NCBI RefSeq assembly: GCF_009914755.1
Contig: NC_060930.1
Strand: one strand, 5' to 3'
DNA from: the human T2T-CHM13v2.0 reference genome, Homo sapiens
Length of the DNA: 64,000 nt
A model generated the notes under the pieces. It was not told where the DNA came from. It was given only the letters and a program-made list of their open reading frames with translations, and made no database searches. The position numbers and the translations under genes were made by a program. Shown one piece after another: positions 15,053 to 29,013 of the stretch; the first letter of the stretch is position 1, and the number at the start of each line of letters is the position of its first letter.

Positions 15053-15408
15053 TGTATTAGTCTTCTCTCATGCTGTTAATAAAGACATGCACAAGACTGA
15101 GTAACTTATAAAGGAAAGAGGCTTAATTGACTCACAGTTCTACATGGCTGGGGAGGCCTCACAACCATGGTGGAAGGTGAGGAGGAGCAAGTCACATCTT
15201 ACATGGCAGTAGGCAAGAGAGAGATTCTGCAGGGGAACTTCCATTTGTAAAACCATCAGGTCTTTTGAGACTTATTTACTACCACAAGAACAGTATGGGG
15301 AAAACTGCCCCTGTGACTCAATTATCTCTACCTGGCCCTGCCCTTGACACATGGGGATTATTACAATTCAAGCTCAGATTTGGGTGAGGACACAGCCAAA
15401 CCATACAA
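15053..15408 (-). mobile_element. THE1 (THE1C-like) MaLR solo LTR nested in L1 ORF2
   Basis: tgtattagtc...cctggccctgcccttgacacatggggattattacaattcaag...gacacagccaaaccata; 5-bp flanks accac/actgc. Confidence 0.93.
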
Positions 15409-15982
15409 ACTGCAGAAAATTACCAAAGGTAGGGAGGACATTATATAATTTAAGAAAGAGGTCATTCCACCAACAAATACATAGCAATTCTAAGCTGTAT
15501 GCACACACACACAAAAAAAAACAGAGCTGAAAAATATATGAAACCCACACTTACAGAAATGAAAAGATGAATGGACAAATACAAAATTATATTTGGAGAC
15601 TTCAATATCTCTCTCTAAGCAGTTGTTAGAACTAGGCCAAAAAATCAACAAGGATATACAAAAATACAGCATCATTAACTAGCAGTGTATAATCAACATT
15701 TCCAGAACACCAAAACAAATAGCAGCAGAGTATATATTCTTTCTAAGTGACCATGAAATGTATACCAAGATAACTCATATCCTGGGCCATAAAACAAAAA
15801 ATTTAAAATAATGAAAATTCATATACAAAGTATTCTTGAGAACAATGGAATCAAATGAAAAATCAATAACAGGAAGATTAAAAAAAAATCTCCAAACACT
15901 TGGAAACAACCACACTTCTAAATAGTCCATGGATTAAAGAGGTAGCTAAAGGAATGCTGAAAGGTAAACTTATTAAAATTAA

Positions 15983-16377
15983 AATTAAAACTTCAGAATA
16001 TTATCACACATACGTACCAATGAGCCACAAAAAAATTCATGAAAATAATTTATCATGTGTTAAGTATTTGATTTATGATAAAGTAAGGATTCTAAACAGT
16101 GTACAACAAAATGTTATTTACTAAATTTTAATTTAATTATAATTGGTTAGTTAAATTTTGAGGAAGATAGATTCACAAATTACACCAAAATAAAATTAAT
16201 ATTAGCAATTTAAAACAATTTATTATATAAAATTAATTTTAAAAACCTACTCAAAATAATCTGATTGAATATTTAGTTAATCTCTAACAATAAAAATCTT
16301 TCTGGGCCTAAAATGATAAAGAAAATTACAAACTAAAAGGTTATCCAATTATAATAAATAAAAATGTCAAACTTCTA
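15983..16377 (+). repeat. Direct repeat copy A (~395 bp) of 18340-19016
   Basis: aattaaaacttcagaatattatcacacat...aaatgtcaaacttcta occurs twice, about 93-98% identical by eye. Confidence 0.95.
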
Positions 16378-18339
16378 AGGGACTACATTAGAAATGGGAA
16401 AATGTCTCAATAATTTAAGGCCCTACTTCAAGAACTTAGAAAAAGATGAGCAAAATAAACCCAAACAAACAGAAGCAAGGAAATATAAGAGCAAGAATCA
16501 AAAAAGTTGAAAATAGAAACACAATAGACTCAATAAAAGAAATCTCTATTAAAAGAACACGGAAAGAGCTGGTTCTTTGGAAAGATCAATAAAATTGACA
16601 AACTTTTAATAAGACTAACAAATAAAAAAGGAGAAGATACAATTACCACTATCAGAAGTAACACAGGAGATTACCACCACACACTCTTTAGACATCAAAT
16701 TAATAATAAAGGAATACCATGAATAATTTGAATTCACACATACACTTGACAATGTAGATGAAATGGAATAGCATTCAAATATATGCAGTACCACAAGTCA
16801 CCCAGAATTTAACTTGTAATTAAAAATATCACCAAAAAGAAATCTCTAGTCCCAGATAATTTTACCAGAGAACGCTACAAAACTTTCAAAGAAGAGTTAA
16901 TGCCTATTCTACCCAATCTCTTTTAGAAAATAAAAGAAGAGGGAATACTTTCCAGTTCATTTTATGAAACTAGTATTTCCCTAGTACCAAAATCAGACAA
17001 ACACAGTAAAACAAAGAACACTACAGACCAATATCCCTCCTGAATATAGACACAAAAATTCTTAACAAAATATTACCAAATAGAATTCAGCAGTATGTAA
17101 AATATTATACACCTTGACCAACTGATTTGTATCCCAGGAATGCAAAGTTGGTTTAAATTAAAAAATCACTGTACTCTGCCATATTAACAAACTAAAGAAG
17201 AAAACTCACATGATCATTTCAATTTATGTAAAAAAATTAAAAAAATTCAAAACATACTCATGAGAAAAATGCTCAGCAAGTTAAGAATAGAGGGAAACTT
17301 CCTTAATGTGATGAAGTCATGTATATAATACTTATAGCTAATATTATGCTTCTTGGTGAAAGACTGCTTTACTCTAAGGTTGAAGACAAAGCAAGGATTT
17401 GTATTCTTACCACTTTTACTTAATATAGTGCTGCAGGTTCTAGCTACAGTAATAAGGAAAGAAAAGGAAATAAAAGACATACAGGTCAGAAAGGAAGGAA
17501 TAAATCCGTATATTTGCAAATGACATATTGTCTACATAGAACACACCAAGGAATCTACATAAAATCTTTTAGAACTAATAAGTGAGTTTAGTAGGTCAGA
17601 GGCTATAAGATTGAAATGCAAAAATCAATCATAATTTAATATTCTAGCAATGTTCATGTGAAAACCAAAATAAAAAATACAATACCTTTTACAAAGGCTC
17701 AAAGAATGTGATACTTAGGCTTAAATTTAAGAAAATATGTACAGAATGTATGTCTTCCACAAATTTAACAAAATTCCTATCCGAATCAAAAAAGAATTTT
17801 CTTAGATGTAGACAAAGTTACTATAAAATTTATATAGAAAAGCTAAGAAACAAGAATTGCTAAAACAATTTGGAAACATAGCTACAGTAATTGAAACTGT
17901 CATGTTGAGTGAGGGACAGACACACTGATGTAACAAAGTAGAGACTCAAAAATAGATCCACACAAATATTTCTAACTACATTTTGAAAAAGGTGAAAATG
18001 CAATTCAATTAAGGAAAGTCTTTTCAGCAAAAAAAGATTGCAGTAATTGAACATTGATTGGCAAAAAATAAACTTAAGTCTCACACCCAGTACACAAATT
18101 AACTCAACATGGATCACAGACTTAAGCACAAAATGTAAAACCAAATTTTTTGGAAAAATGTAGGAGAAAATATTCAGGATCTAAGATTAGACAGAGTTCT
18201 CAGACTTGATGCTAACATCACAAACCATAAAAGAAAATTTTGATAAATTGGATTTCATCAAAATTAAAACCTTGCTCTGTGAAAACCTTCTTAGGATGAA
18301 AAGATTTTGCACATGTTACAACTGATTATAAAGCAAAAT

Positions 18340-19016
<677 letters not shown>

Positions 19017-19250
19017 TCAGGGAAAAATATAATTTAAAAAGGCATGAGAAAAATGTGTTCATAAACTACCATGAACACAAATGTCAATAGTTACATTTTA
19101 TAAAGACTTTATTAGAAAATAATTAAGATCTTAGTTGTTAACACACAGATTTTTAAAAAAATTGTTTACAAAGTTGATAATTTCCATAGGGAAAAAAACT
19201 TATATTAAAAAGATGCATCATTTTTCCATCAAGGTAAAAGCCGAATGTAT

Positions 19251-19723
19251 TTTTTTTGTTGTTTTTGCTTTTGTTTTGTTTTCGTTTTTTTTTGTTTTGT
19301 TTTGTTTTGTTTTGTTTCAGAAGGAGTCTAGCTCTGTGGCCCAGGCTGGAGGGCAGTGGTATTGGATTTTTTTTTTTTTTTAAACATAAGGATAACCAGT
19401 GGTTACACGATCATTTGTTGAAAAGTTTTTTCCTACCCCATTGAATTCTATTGGCATATATGTCAAAAAGTAACTGGACATACATGTGTACAGTGGCGCA
19501 ATCTCGGCTCACTGCAACCTCTTTCTCCTGGGTTCAAGCAATTCTCCAGCCTCAGCCTCCTGAGAAGCTGGGATTACAGGTGCGGGCCAATAAAAATATT
19601 TTTAGTAGAGATGGGGTTTCTCCATGTTGGCCAGGCTGGTCTTGAACTCCCAACCTCAGGTGATCCACCCATCTTAACCTCCCAAAGTGCTGGGATTACA
19701 GGCACGAGCCACTGCACCTGGCC
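19251..19723 (-). mobile_element. AluS with (TTTTG)n tail carrying a 128-bp foreign insert
   Basis: Alu breaks at ggagggcagtgg (19359), resumes gtacagtggcgcaatctcgg (19488) and ends cacctggcc (19723). Confidence 0.92.
19360..19487 (-). mobile_element. Diverged L1M ORF2 fragment inside the Alu
   Basis: catttgttgaaaagttttttcctaccccattgaatt..ttggca...tgtcaaaa matches reverse L1M ORF2 3' region. Confidence 0.75.
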
Positions 19724-21558
19724 AAAACTAACTGTATTTGATTACAGTCAATATTAGGGAGTTGATGGTAAACCTGGTACACTGCTGGTGGTAAGGTAAG
19801 TAGAAAAAACCTGCATGGAAAGAAAATCTAATTATGCATTAAGAACCATTTAAAAGTTTATACATTTTAATCCAGTAATTTCACTTACTTTTTTACTCTT
19901 GGCATGACATAGCTGCATTCAAAATATCACTGCAGTTTTCAATAAGAAAAAAACAACACTAAGAAAATGGTGAAAGAAATGTGTTACAGCCCACACCATT
20001 GAAATGATATGGCTGTTAAAAATAATAAGAGGAACATTATTATTTACAAGGGGAAATGGTAATTACAATAGGAGAAATAGAATAAAAATTTGGAAAACTT
20101 CTGTGAATAATGACCTGGAAGCGCATTGAACAAAGTCTATGTGGTAGCCCTTACCAAATGTTTTCTTAACATAGCTGTTTCCTGTCTGTTTGTACTGCAG
20201 TTACACTTCTGTCTTCCTGTTAGTCAGCTTTTGGACAATCTCTCAGATTCCCAAGAGGCCAACTGCCACCATCATGAAAAACATCCTGACCACGGGAACT
20301 ACAATTTTCCTAAGATCCATTTATCCCTGTGATTGGATGTAGACGCGATTTTCAATTAATTATTTGTACTTTTCTAGGAGTTTCCTAAGCCCTATATTTT
20401 CCAAAATGCAGTTATATGCCTAAGCAAGTTATTCACTGAATAAATTCTTGATCCTAAATATTTATCATTAGCAGATAATAAAAACAAACATGACTCCCTC
20501 TTTGTTATTTTCTATAAATATTCTATTTTGCCTGCAGATTTACATTAGATTTGAAAACTAAAACAGTTCACAAGTAATCAGAGCACTTCCTGAAGTGAAA
20601 GATGAAATTATCTTTGTATTTTACTTTATTTTATCCTTCAAATAATATTCCAACACTGTTAACAATAGTTTCCTTTTTCATAGAAGTTGAGCACATTAGG
20701 TATTTCCAAAATGAAGCATTAAAATTTACTTCATAAATAGGCCTCTATAAGAGACTTTCCAGAATAACTTTTAAAAAGGCATCAAATGTTGTACATAAGA
20801 TATACTTGAGAGTTCAGCCAATATCAGTATTTTTACTTTGCAGATTTGCTGTTTCTTTAAATATTTATGTGTTTCTCACATGTATTGCCAGTTTTGACTA
20901 AAACAAATTTGTTTCTCTTTTAAGGGGAAATAACTGGTTAGGACCGATAGTGACTCAGAATTTGTGGTTTTCTTTAAAAAGAAAATAGATATTATTCTAA
21001 TAGCAACCTTCTTTCAGTAGCTGGAAATCTTGAGTTGAAACTAGAAAGAATTTCAATCTTTTAAACATGGAAAAATGTGTAAATGCACAAACACAGGTCT
21101 TAACTATCAGTCAAGAAACCAGTAACTGGTTCACTTTGGAATAAAAAGAGAGACAGGGAAAGGATATGACTAAGACATGTTTTCACTGTCTACAGCTTGA
21201 ACTTATGATTTGTTTTGTTGTGTGTGGGTATATATTATTTAAACGACTGCACATATATATAGATTATTTGAAAAATATACTGAAATAAATAAAACTATTG
21301 TTTGAAATTAGACTTTCTTCTTTATAACTGTTTCTTTTTCTTTTTTAAAAAAGTTTACATTTAAGGAAAATTCCATTTGGGAATGTTTTAAGAAAAAAAT
21401 GTTCTTAACTCTCAATGATTTATTACCATGCCTGCCACTGGGTTTGGTATGTTTAGGAATCTGCAAGTAGTTATACAGCTGCCAAGTTGCTTTACTGGTT
21501 GTTACTGATCTGTAGAGCATGTACCACGAGTAAGTCATAAAACATCACCAGGACTTAC

Positions 21559-21662
21559 ATGCTTTTGTAAAAAAGGGAACCCATGATTCGTATTGATTTC
21601 TTGTGCATGGAGGGTATCGTAAATAATTTATCAAATACCGTTTGGAATTCTTATTGTTTTAC
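21559..21662 (-). other. Candidate 104-nt non-coding exon
   Basis: Minus strand: catttttgccttctttccag|GTAAAAC...AAGCAT|gtaagt; early stops in all three frames. Confidence 0.3.
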
Positions 21663-22449
21663 CTGGAAAGAAGGCAAAAATGTAATCATTGTTATCATAG
21701 TAAGCCATAAAGTTAAAAAGTGCCAATCTAAAGAGTAAGTTATTATGACTATAAAGTTTAAATTGGTTATGGGTCGAGAATAAAGATGATATTTATACTG
21801 TTGATTTAGAATATTGTAAGACCAAAGGAAATATAAGAGCAAGAGCTGTAGCTACTTCTAAAGATAAATATCATGAGTGAAACTAGTTTAATCGGAGGAA
21901 TGCAGTAGCAAGTATTCAAAACCTTAAACCAAGCCATGCTGCTAATGTTTCACCAGCATAACATTATTCCAAGACCTCAGTGTCATGAGTTCCACTTTAG
22001 CTTCTTGTTAACATTTCTGTTTATAATTATTTAAGCGGACATGAAAACCCTGTGTGTGTGTCAAATGCAGAATTGTAGTCTAACCACCATTAGATGTCCA
22101 CAGGCATCTGTAATGAGCCCACGGAAGCCTCAATGCCATCTCTCTGACCATTATGTTCCACAAAGTGCAATATTTTAAGTGTAAATTCTGTTATCTATTT
22201 GTGTAACCAAAATGCAAACATCTTCTAAAAATGCCACTGACCACTTAGAATTGGTGGTAACCAAAGTAAATTTTGTTTAAATATATTGACATGGACTCAC
22301 CTCAGTTCTTGGCTTGGGAATTAGAACTTGAAAGAGATGCTTTATGAATGGGGCAGAAAATTCCATGAGTCATTAAACTCTTGAGCTTACATTTCACAAT
22401 AACGTTAACGTATGGAGTAAAATATTCTATATTAGGACAACTACCTCAA

Positions 22450-23830
22450 AAATTACTCTATTTAGCACTGAAGACTTAGACAAAAAAGACACCATCACTT
22501 CCCTCAAGAAGTTGGTAGTGTATACGGCCAGAAGGGAAATTAGATAATGATATAACAAAAGGTATGGCAAAGAAAGTTACATAGAAATAGTATCCAACCA
22601 CGACTAGAGACAATGGGGAAGGAGAGGAAGGCTTCCTAGAAGTGAAGATTGAGAAACACATGGAGCCAGTTAAAGAAGAAGAAAAGATGGAGGAAATGTA
22701 TCTAGATAGAAAATGTAGCATAGAATGGTATGGATGAAACCTGGAACATGATTTGCTCAGGAAACTGCATGATGGGTAGGTGGCAATGGAAGAAGAATGA
22801 GATATCATTGATTACTTGCAAAAGTAGGCTAGGATAGGCCACAAATGGCAAGGCATGTTTGAAAGTCTACTGCCAAGCTGGTACAGTTCTGATAAGGCCA
22901 TCAGAAATGGCATAGAGAAGCACTTGTGTATTCAAGGGAATAGGTATACTCTTGAATGCTAAAGAACACCTATTCTAACCTAATGATATACAAAGCAACA
23001 GGCCTGCAGTAAAAAGAAGCAAGCCTTCTTTTCTGCTTCATAGCCTTCTCACTCATGTGGGCTATTGCTAAACACCAAACCAATACCCTTTTCATGAGTA
23101 TGTCCTTCGAGCTGCTCATTTGCTCACTTTGTATGTGGGGAGTTAGGAAAACGATCTAGCTCCTGTTGTTGCTCTTGTTCAGTTTTATTTTGGTCTAGAA
23201 ATAGTATTCCTTGAAAGATGAATACAGAAGACCTATTTAGGTGGTAGGGTAATGATTAGATAATTGGTTTAGCTTTTCTGGAGGTATCTTTGGGAAATAA
23301 AATTGTGTACACTTAATAAACACAGACATACATAAATCTGTGTTCAGTAGCAGATAATAGAATAGGTAGATGATAACATACATAAATAATGTTTACTACC
23401 ATTGAAGTATATAAGATTAACCCAGGAGGATCAGAGTGAAATGGAGATTGAAGACAGAGCTCTGAAAAACAGGAATGGTCTTTATATAGCTGAATAAAGA
23501 AGTGCCTTTACAGCCGAGGAAAAGTAGACAAAAGGATAAGGAGAAATGGAAAAAGGAGTTGAAAAACCAGAAGAGAGTCATGTTCTAGAAATCAATAGAA
23601 AGGAAACTTTCTTAAAATATTTCATTAAATGGGCAATGACTAGATGCACTTTTTGATAACATGAATAAACTCTGGCAAATCTATGTCAAGTGGATTAAAT
23701 TTTCCACTACACATAGAGGTCAAATAAATCAAGAAATAAGTACTTTTTGTGATAGTTACGGGAGCTATTTCATTGAACTGGTGAAGATAAATGTAGCAAG
23801 GTAGAATGGTATGTAAAGGTGCACAGAGGA
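22450..23830 (-). mobile_element. L2 fragments (discontinuous)
   Basis: cttccctcaagaagtt, ggaaggcttcctagaagtg, aaaaccagaagagagtcatgttctagaaatcaa. Confidence 0.55.
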
Positions 23831-23906
23831 TTAAATGGTATATGGTGTTGCTATATGTTATTTTTTAATGTACAAATTAAAGAAACCAGAACAGAGAAGA
23901 AATAGC

Positions 23907-23954
23907 TGTGTGAGAGAGAGAGAGAGAGAGAGAGAGTGTGTGTGTGTGTGTGTG

Positions 23955-23990
<36 letters not shown>

Positions 23991-24003
23991 AGAGAGAGAG
24001 AGA
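23907..24003. repeat. Compound (GA)n(GT)n(GA)n microsatellite
   Basis: Directly visible. Confidence 0.97.
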
Positions 24004-24045
24004 TACTCAGTAGAAAACTAGAATTATGAAAGAGGAGAGAATTAA

Positions 24046-24260
24046 TGGGTGGGAATTGAACAATGAGAACACTTGGACACAGCATGCGGAACATCACACA
24101 CTGGGGCCTGTCGTGGGGTCGGGGGATGGGGGAGGGATAGCATTAGGAGAAATACCTAATATAAATGACGAGTTAATGGGTGCAGCAAACTAACATGGCA
24201 CATGTATACATACGTAACAAACCTGCACGTTGTGCACATATATCCTATAAATTAAAATAT
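24046..24260 (+). mobile_element. Short L1PA 3'UTR (about L1PA5-6)
   Basis: ggtgggaattgaacaatgagaacacttggacacag...aacaaacctgcacgttgtgcacat. Confidence 0.93.
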
Positions 24261-24956
24261 TTTTTTAAAATAGTAATACAAATTATTGTGAAAGACAAAA
24301 ATAACATTATTTATTTTGTTTTAGTTTAATCTATAGATGCAGGACATTTCTAACAAGTTTCAAATAGCCTCTTCCTATTTTAATTTTTAAAATAAATATG
24401 TAAGTAGTATGGTTTCTTATCTGAAATCTTCAGATTATTCATTTTTATTCTAATAAGAATGGTCTTCATTACATGTATGTCTATACGTATCTGTATATGT
24501 ATACAGATACACATATATATTTACAATATATAATATGTGGACAAATATACTTTCCCAAAATACATTTGAACCTTTACTACAGAATTGCTATTTATGGAAA
24601 ATTTTCAAGAGTAAAATTTAATAGGTAACTGAAGGGTCATTAATCTAAAACAAGACATTTTGAAGATTGTCTTCCATTTTCAGGGACTACTTTAAGGACT
24701 TAATTAATTAAATGATCTACATATAAAATTTTATTTATAAGTAACCCCCCCCACAAGTAGGCATTGTATGATAAAATCCAAGTGCAGCAATATGGAGAAG
24801 CTATTGATTTTCCTGTATGCAGAAAAAGGGCAATGTTTAAAAAGAAGGATGATGAGTTTTTTTTGGGATATGTTTATCTCTAAAGTCAGTTGAGCTGAAG
24901 CTTTTAGGGCAGGGCAGGTCAAGAGATACAGGTTTGGATGTCATTGGCATATAACT

Positions 24957-25152
24957 CAGTGTTTCTCAAATCATGGTCTATGGACCACTAGTATCAGAAT
25001 CACCTGGAGATGATTGCGAAAAGTCAAGGTAACCTAGGTGCCATTAATTTGAAATAATCAAGGCTTCTTAATTTGAATATGTGCAAGAGTGGCCCTAAGA
25101 ATCTTCATTTTAATTGAAACACCTCATATAATACTTAAGCCCACTAAAGGTT
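24957..25152. mobile_element. MER5-type hAT-Charlie element; its end is displaced to ~26670 by the L1PA
   Basis: cagtgtttctcaaatcatggtc..ggaccactagtatcagaatcacctgg...ccctaagaatcttcatttt. Confidence 0.7.
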
Positions 25153-26637
25153 TTCTTTTTGTGTGTGTGATGGTGGTGTATTTATTTTATTTTATTTTAT
25201 TTTTCTTTTCAACTTTTAAGTTCAGGGGTACATGTGCAGGATGTGCAGGTTTGTTACATAAGTAAACATTTGCCTTGGTGGTTTGCCGCACAGGTCATCC
25301 CATCACCCAGGTGTTAAGCCCAGCATCCACTAGCTATTCTTTTTGATCCTCTCCCTCCTCTTGCCTTTTGCCCTCCAACAGACCCCAGCATGTGTTGTTA
25401 CCCCACATGTGTCCATGTATTCTCATATTTAGCTCCCAGTTATAAGTGAGAACATATAGTATTTGGTTTTCTGTTCCTGCATTAGTTTGATAAGGATAAT
25501 AGCCTCCAACTCCATTCATGTCCCTATAAAGAACATGATCTTGTTCCTTTTTATGGCTGTATAGCATTCCATGGTGTATATGTACCACATATTCTTTACC
25601 CAGTCTACTATTGATGGGCATTTTGGTTGATTACATGTCTTTGTTATTGTGAATAGGGCTGCAATAAACATACGGATGCATGTGTCTTTATGATAGAACA
25701 ATTTATATTTCTTCGGGTATATACCCAGTAATTGGATTGCTGGGTCGAATGGTTATTTCTGCCTCTAGGTCTTTGAGGAATTGCCACACTGTCTTCCACA
25801 ATGGTTGAACTAATTTACACTCCCATCAACAGTGTATAAGCATTTATTTTTCTCCACAATCTCGCCAGCATCTGTTGTTTTTTGACTTTTTAGTAATAGC
25901 CATTCTGACTGGTGTGAGATAATATCTCATTGTGGTTTTCATTTGCATTTCTCTAATGATCAGTGATGTTGAGCTTTTTTTCATGTGTATGTTGGCCACA
26001 TCTGTGTCTTCTTTTGAGAAGTGTCTGTCTGTTCATGTTCTTTGCTCACTTTGTAATGCAGATTTTTTTTCTTGTAAATTTGTTTAAGTTCCTTATAGAT
26101 GCTAGATATTAGACATTTGTCAGACGAATAGATTGCAAGAATTTTCACCCATTCTGTAGGTGGTCTCTTTATTCTGTTGATAGTTTCTTTTGCTGTGCAG
26201 AAGCTCATTAGTTTAATTAGATTCCAGTTGTCCATTTTTGCTTTTGTTGCAATTGCTTTTGGTGTCTTTGTCATGAAATCTTTGTCTGTGCCCATGTCTT
26301 CAATGGTATTGCCTAAATTCTCTTTTAGAGTTTTATAGTTTTGGGTTTTACATTTAAGTCTTTAACTCATCTTAAGCAGATTTTTGTATATGGTGTGAGG
26401 ATGGGGTCCAGTTTCAATTTTCTGCATATGGCTAGCCAGTTCTCCCAGCACCATTTATTAAGTAGGAAATCCTTTACCCATCGATTGTTTTTGTCAAGTT
26501 TGTCAAAGGTCAGATGGTTGCAGGCATGCAGTCTTATTTCTGGGTTATTTATTCTGTTCCATTTGTTTATGTTTCTGATCTTGTACCAGTACCATGCTGT
26601 TTTGGCTACTGTAGCCCTGTAGTATAGTTTAAAGTTG
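25153..26637 (-). mobile_element. 5'-truncated L1PA (about L1PA10-12) with 18-bp TSD
   Basis: ORFs 25981..26295 and 25516..25701 are L1 ORF2 pieces; TSD ttaagcccactaaaggtt 25135-25152 / ttaagcccactaatggtt 26638-26655. Confidence 0.96.
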
Positions 26638-26809
26638 TTAAGCCCACTAATGGTTGATAAATGGTTTGCTCACCCATAGCAGAAGTCAAAGCACCCAAGC
26701 AGAAAATATAGAATGAGTTCCCCTAGGAAAAGAACTCTGTTTTTCATTTCTGTATGTCTAGTAGCAATATGTTTCCTGAAATTTACTATATAATCAATAA
26801 ATAACTATT

Positions 26810-27280
26810 AAAATATTTTTGAATTTTCTGGAAATAATGTACAGTATGCAGCAAGAATCATAAAAATGTCCATATTTTGATCTAGTAATATAATTTCTGG
26901 AAATTTATTTTGAGTAATAATCCAACAGGAAAGAAAATGTTATCTATAGAGATGTTTAGCACAACACATTCATAATAGCAAATAATGAGCATTAGCAAAT
27001 GACAAGAAATAGGGGTATAAGTAAGTAAAGAAGAAGATATTTGTCTACTATATGACATAATTTGTTACAACTAGAAATAGTAGTTATAAAAGCAGAATAG
27101 TAACAAAGATAAATAAATATTAATGTTACAAAAGATATTTTATATATGCTATGGTTACAACTATAAAGAATGATATGCTGTTTTACATGTACTAAGAGAA
27201 ATATAAACAATGAAAACCATTTCATTTTGTAAGCTGAAAGATTATAAGTGATTTCATAATCATTTCAGTTAATTACATTG
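26810..27280 (+). mobile_element. L1ME 3' region
   Basis: aaaaatgtccatattttgatctagtaatataatttctggaaatttat; agatgtttagcacaacacattcataatagcaaa. Confidence 0.65.
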
Positions 27281-28229
27281 GAATGTTATGTATATCATAA
27301 ATAATTCTTTTCAGAAATTAATGACATCCCATTTAACAATTTCAAATCACTATAAATGTGACATATGGTTAAATAAGACTTAATTCTGCTCAAATGAAAA
27401 AATATAAATATGATCTAGAGGAAGTTTAATAAAAAGAAATAAAAAGGTATCATAATTAATTCCTAGATGCCCAATAATTTTCACGAACAAACATCAGCAG
27501 ATGTTCTTGCAACTTATTCACAAATAGCTCTAAATGCTAGTGCACTTTCAAATGAATAGAATTCAATAAAATGAGATATTTCTGTCTCCCCTCCCTCCCT
27601 TTCCTCTTGCAGTTAGCACAGAAGAATGTGGAAATGTGTTTGATATTTTTGTCACTGAATTTTCCACCTGTTTCATGACATGCCAACATAAACACATAAG
27701 GGCTCACATACCATTTACCCACCCCATACATACATGCATGTAAAATCACTCAAATCACAGTGTCCAATGAAACTAAAGAAGCAGATAGATTTCAGTATAA
27801 AAATTAAAGATCAAATCAGTCTTACAGAGAACAGTATAGTGCCTGTTTTGCTAGTGAACATTTGTTGAATAAATGTCTGTAGGCTGTATTTGTGCAGAAT
27901 TTGTCCTATGCCTGCCCTGCTTTTTTATAACGAGTAGCAGGGCTGAGGAATTAGCAAATTCCTACTGTAGAATGACCACCATTACCTATCAAAAAATGAA
28001 ACCTAGGATTATGAATTGCCTAATTAGCTTTGGTCATTTTGCAATATCTGAGAAATAATGATAATGTAACAGACAGCCAGAGAAAAGGAAGCCCACATTG
28101 ATGACAGAGATATAAAAGGAAAACATGAATTTTCATGAAAGATAACAGTGCATTCTCTAAGGTAGTAAATGGAGGTGGAAGTGGGGACAGGGAAAGAAAA
28201 AAGAAGTGAAGACAGCAAGTACAGAGAAA

Positions 28230-28870
28230 GGGCTCAAGATCTTCTGATGACAAAAGAGTTAAAGAGATTGGTAGAATATAAAGAGAGTATGGATAGGAGG
28301 GTATGTTGACCTGAATTTTTCATTCAGTAAGAAAAAGATCAAGTAGAGAAGGAGCGGATCATAATTCAAGGCAAAGCAGTCAACAGATAAAGCAAAGTCC
28401 CTTGAGAAGATAAGGAGGTTTTCAGCAGCACAGTTGAATGAATTAGTCTTCAATGGAATAATTAATCCTTCCAGACTAGATTGAAGAGAATAAGGATGCG
28501 GTGGCCCCACTGATTTGTCTGTGGATATAAAAAGCAGGAAGTTGAGTGAGAGTGTGGAGGAAAAGGAAAAGAGTTTCAATCATGAAGAGAATGGCAAGAC
28601 TTTGGAGTTTTTGTTGACGGCAACAAGATAGGAGCATTTAGAAGACAACAAAGAGACTGAAATAGATAGAGAACCCATCAGAACTGAGAGGCAGTGAATT
28701 TGTAAAGAGGCCAAGTTGCATGGTTTTGCAAATTCTCCAGCACTGTTTACAATGGAGAAGGCAGATTGTTGCAAAGATCGAGGACTAGGACACTGCAGGA
28801 CAGTTATAAAATGGAAAGAAGAGCAAAGGAAATGAAGATTTAAAGGGTCCGCTTGAAAGAATAAATCAGG
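28230..28870 (-). mobile_element. L2 internal fragment
   Basis: Purine-rich L2-like sequence (gcaaagtcccttgagaagataaggagg, ggaagttgagtgag). Confidence 0.5.
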
Positions 28871-28942
28871 TGATTAACTGTCAAATCTTTAAATTGAATT
28901 AAAAAAATCTTTGATTGAATAAATATATAAGTAATTTCTTAC

Positions 28943-28968
28943 CATAAGGTGTCCAAGTACAGCAGCAT

Positions 28969-29013
<45 letters not shown>

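Larger units (their letters stand above)
13583..18300 (+). mobile_element. Rearranged L1MC/L1MD-type element: 5'UTR, no ORF1, degenerate ORF2
   Basis: 5' end cttctgtttctaagaagatggagtag; ORF2 endonuclease start at ~14833 (acatatcaataattacattaaatgtaagtgg = ISIITLNV); RT motifs to ~18300; interrupted by an inverted self-copy, THE1C and a ~395-bp insertion. Confidence 0.85.

Noticed and set aside
23835-24097. ORFs with RERE/CVCV and SLSL/THTH runs
   Set aside because: Translations of the compound microsatellite
28974-29009. (GAT)n as an asporin-like poly-Asp coding tract
   Set aside because: Flanks do not match asporin and that frame has an upstream stop within the candidate exon
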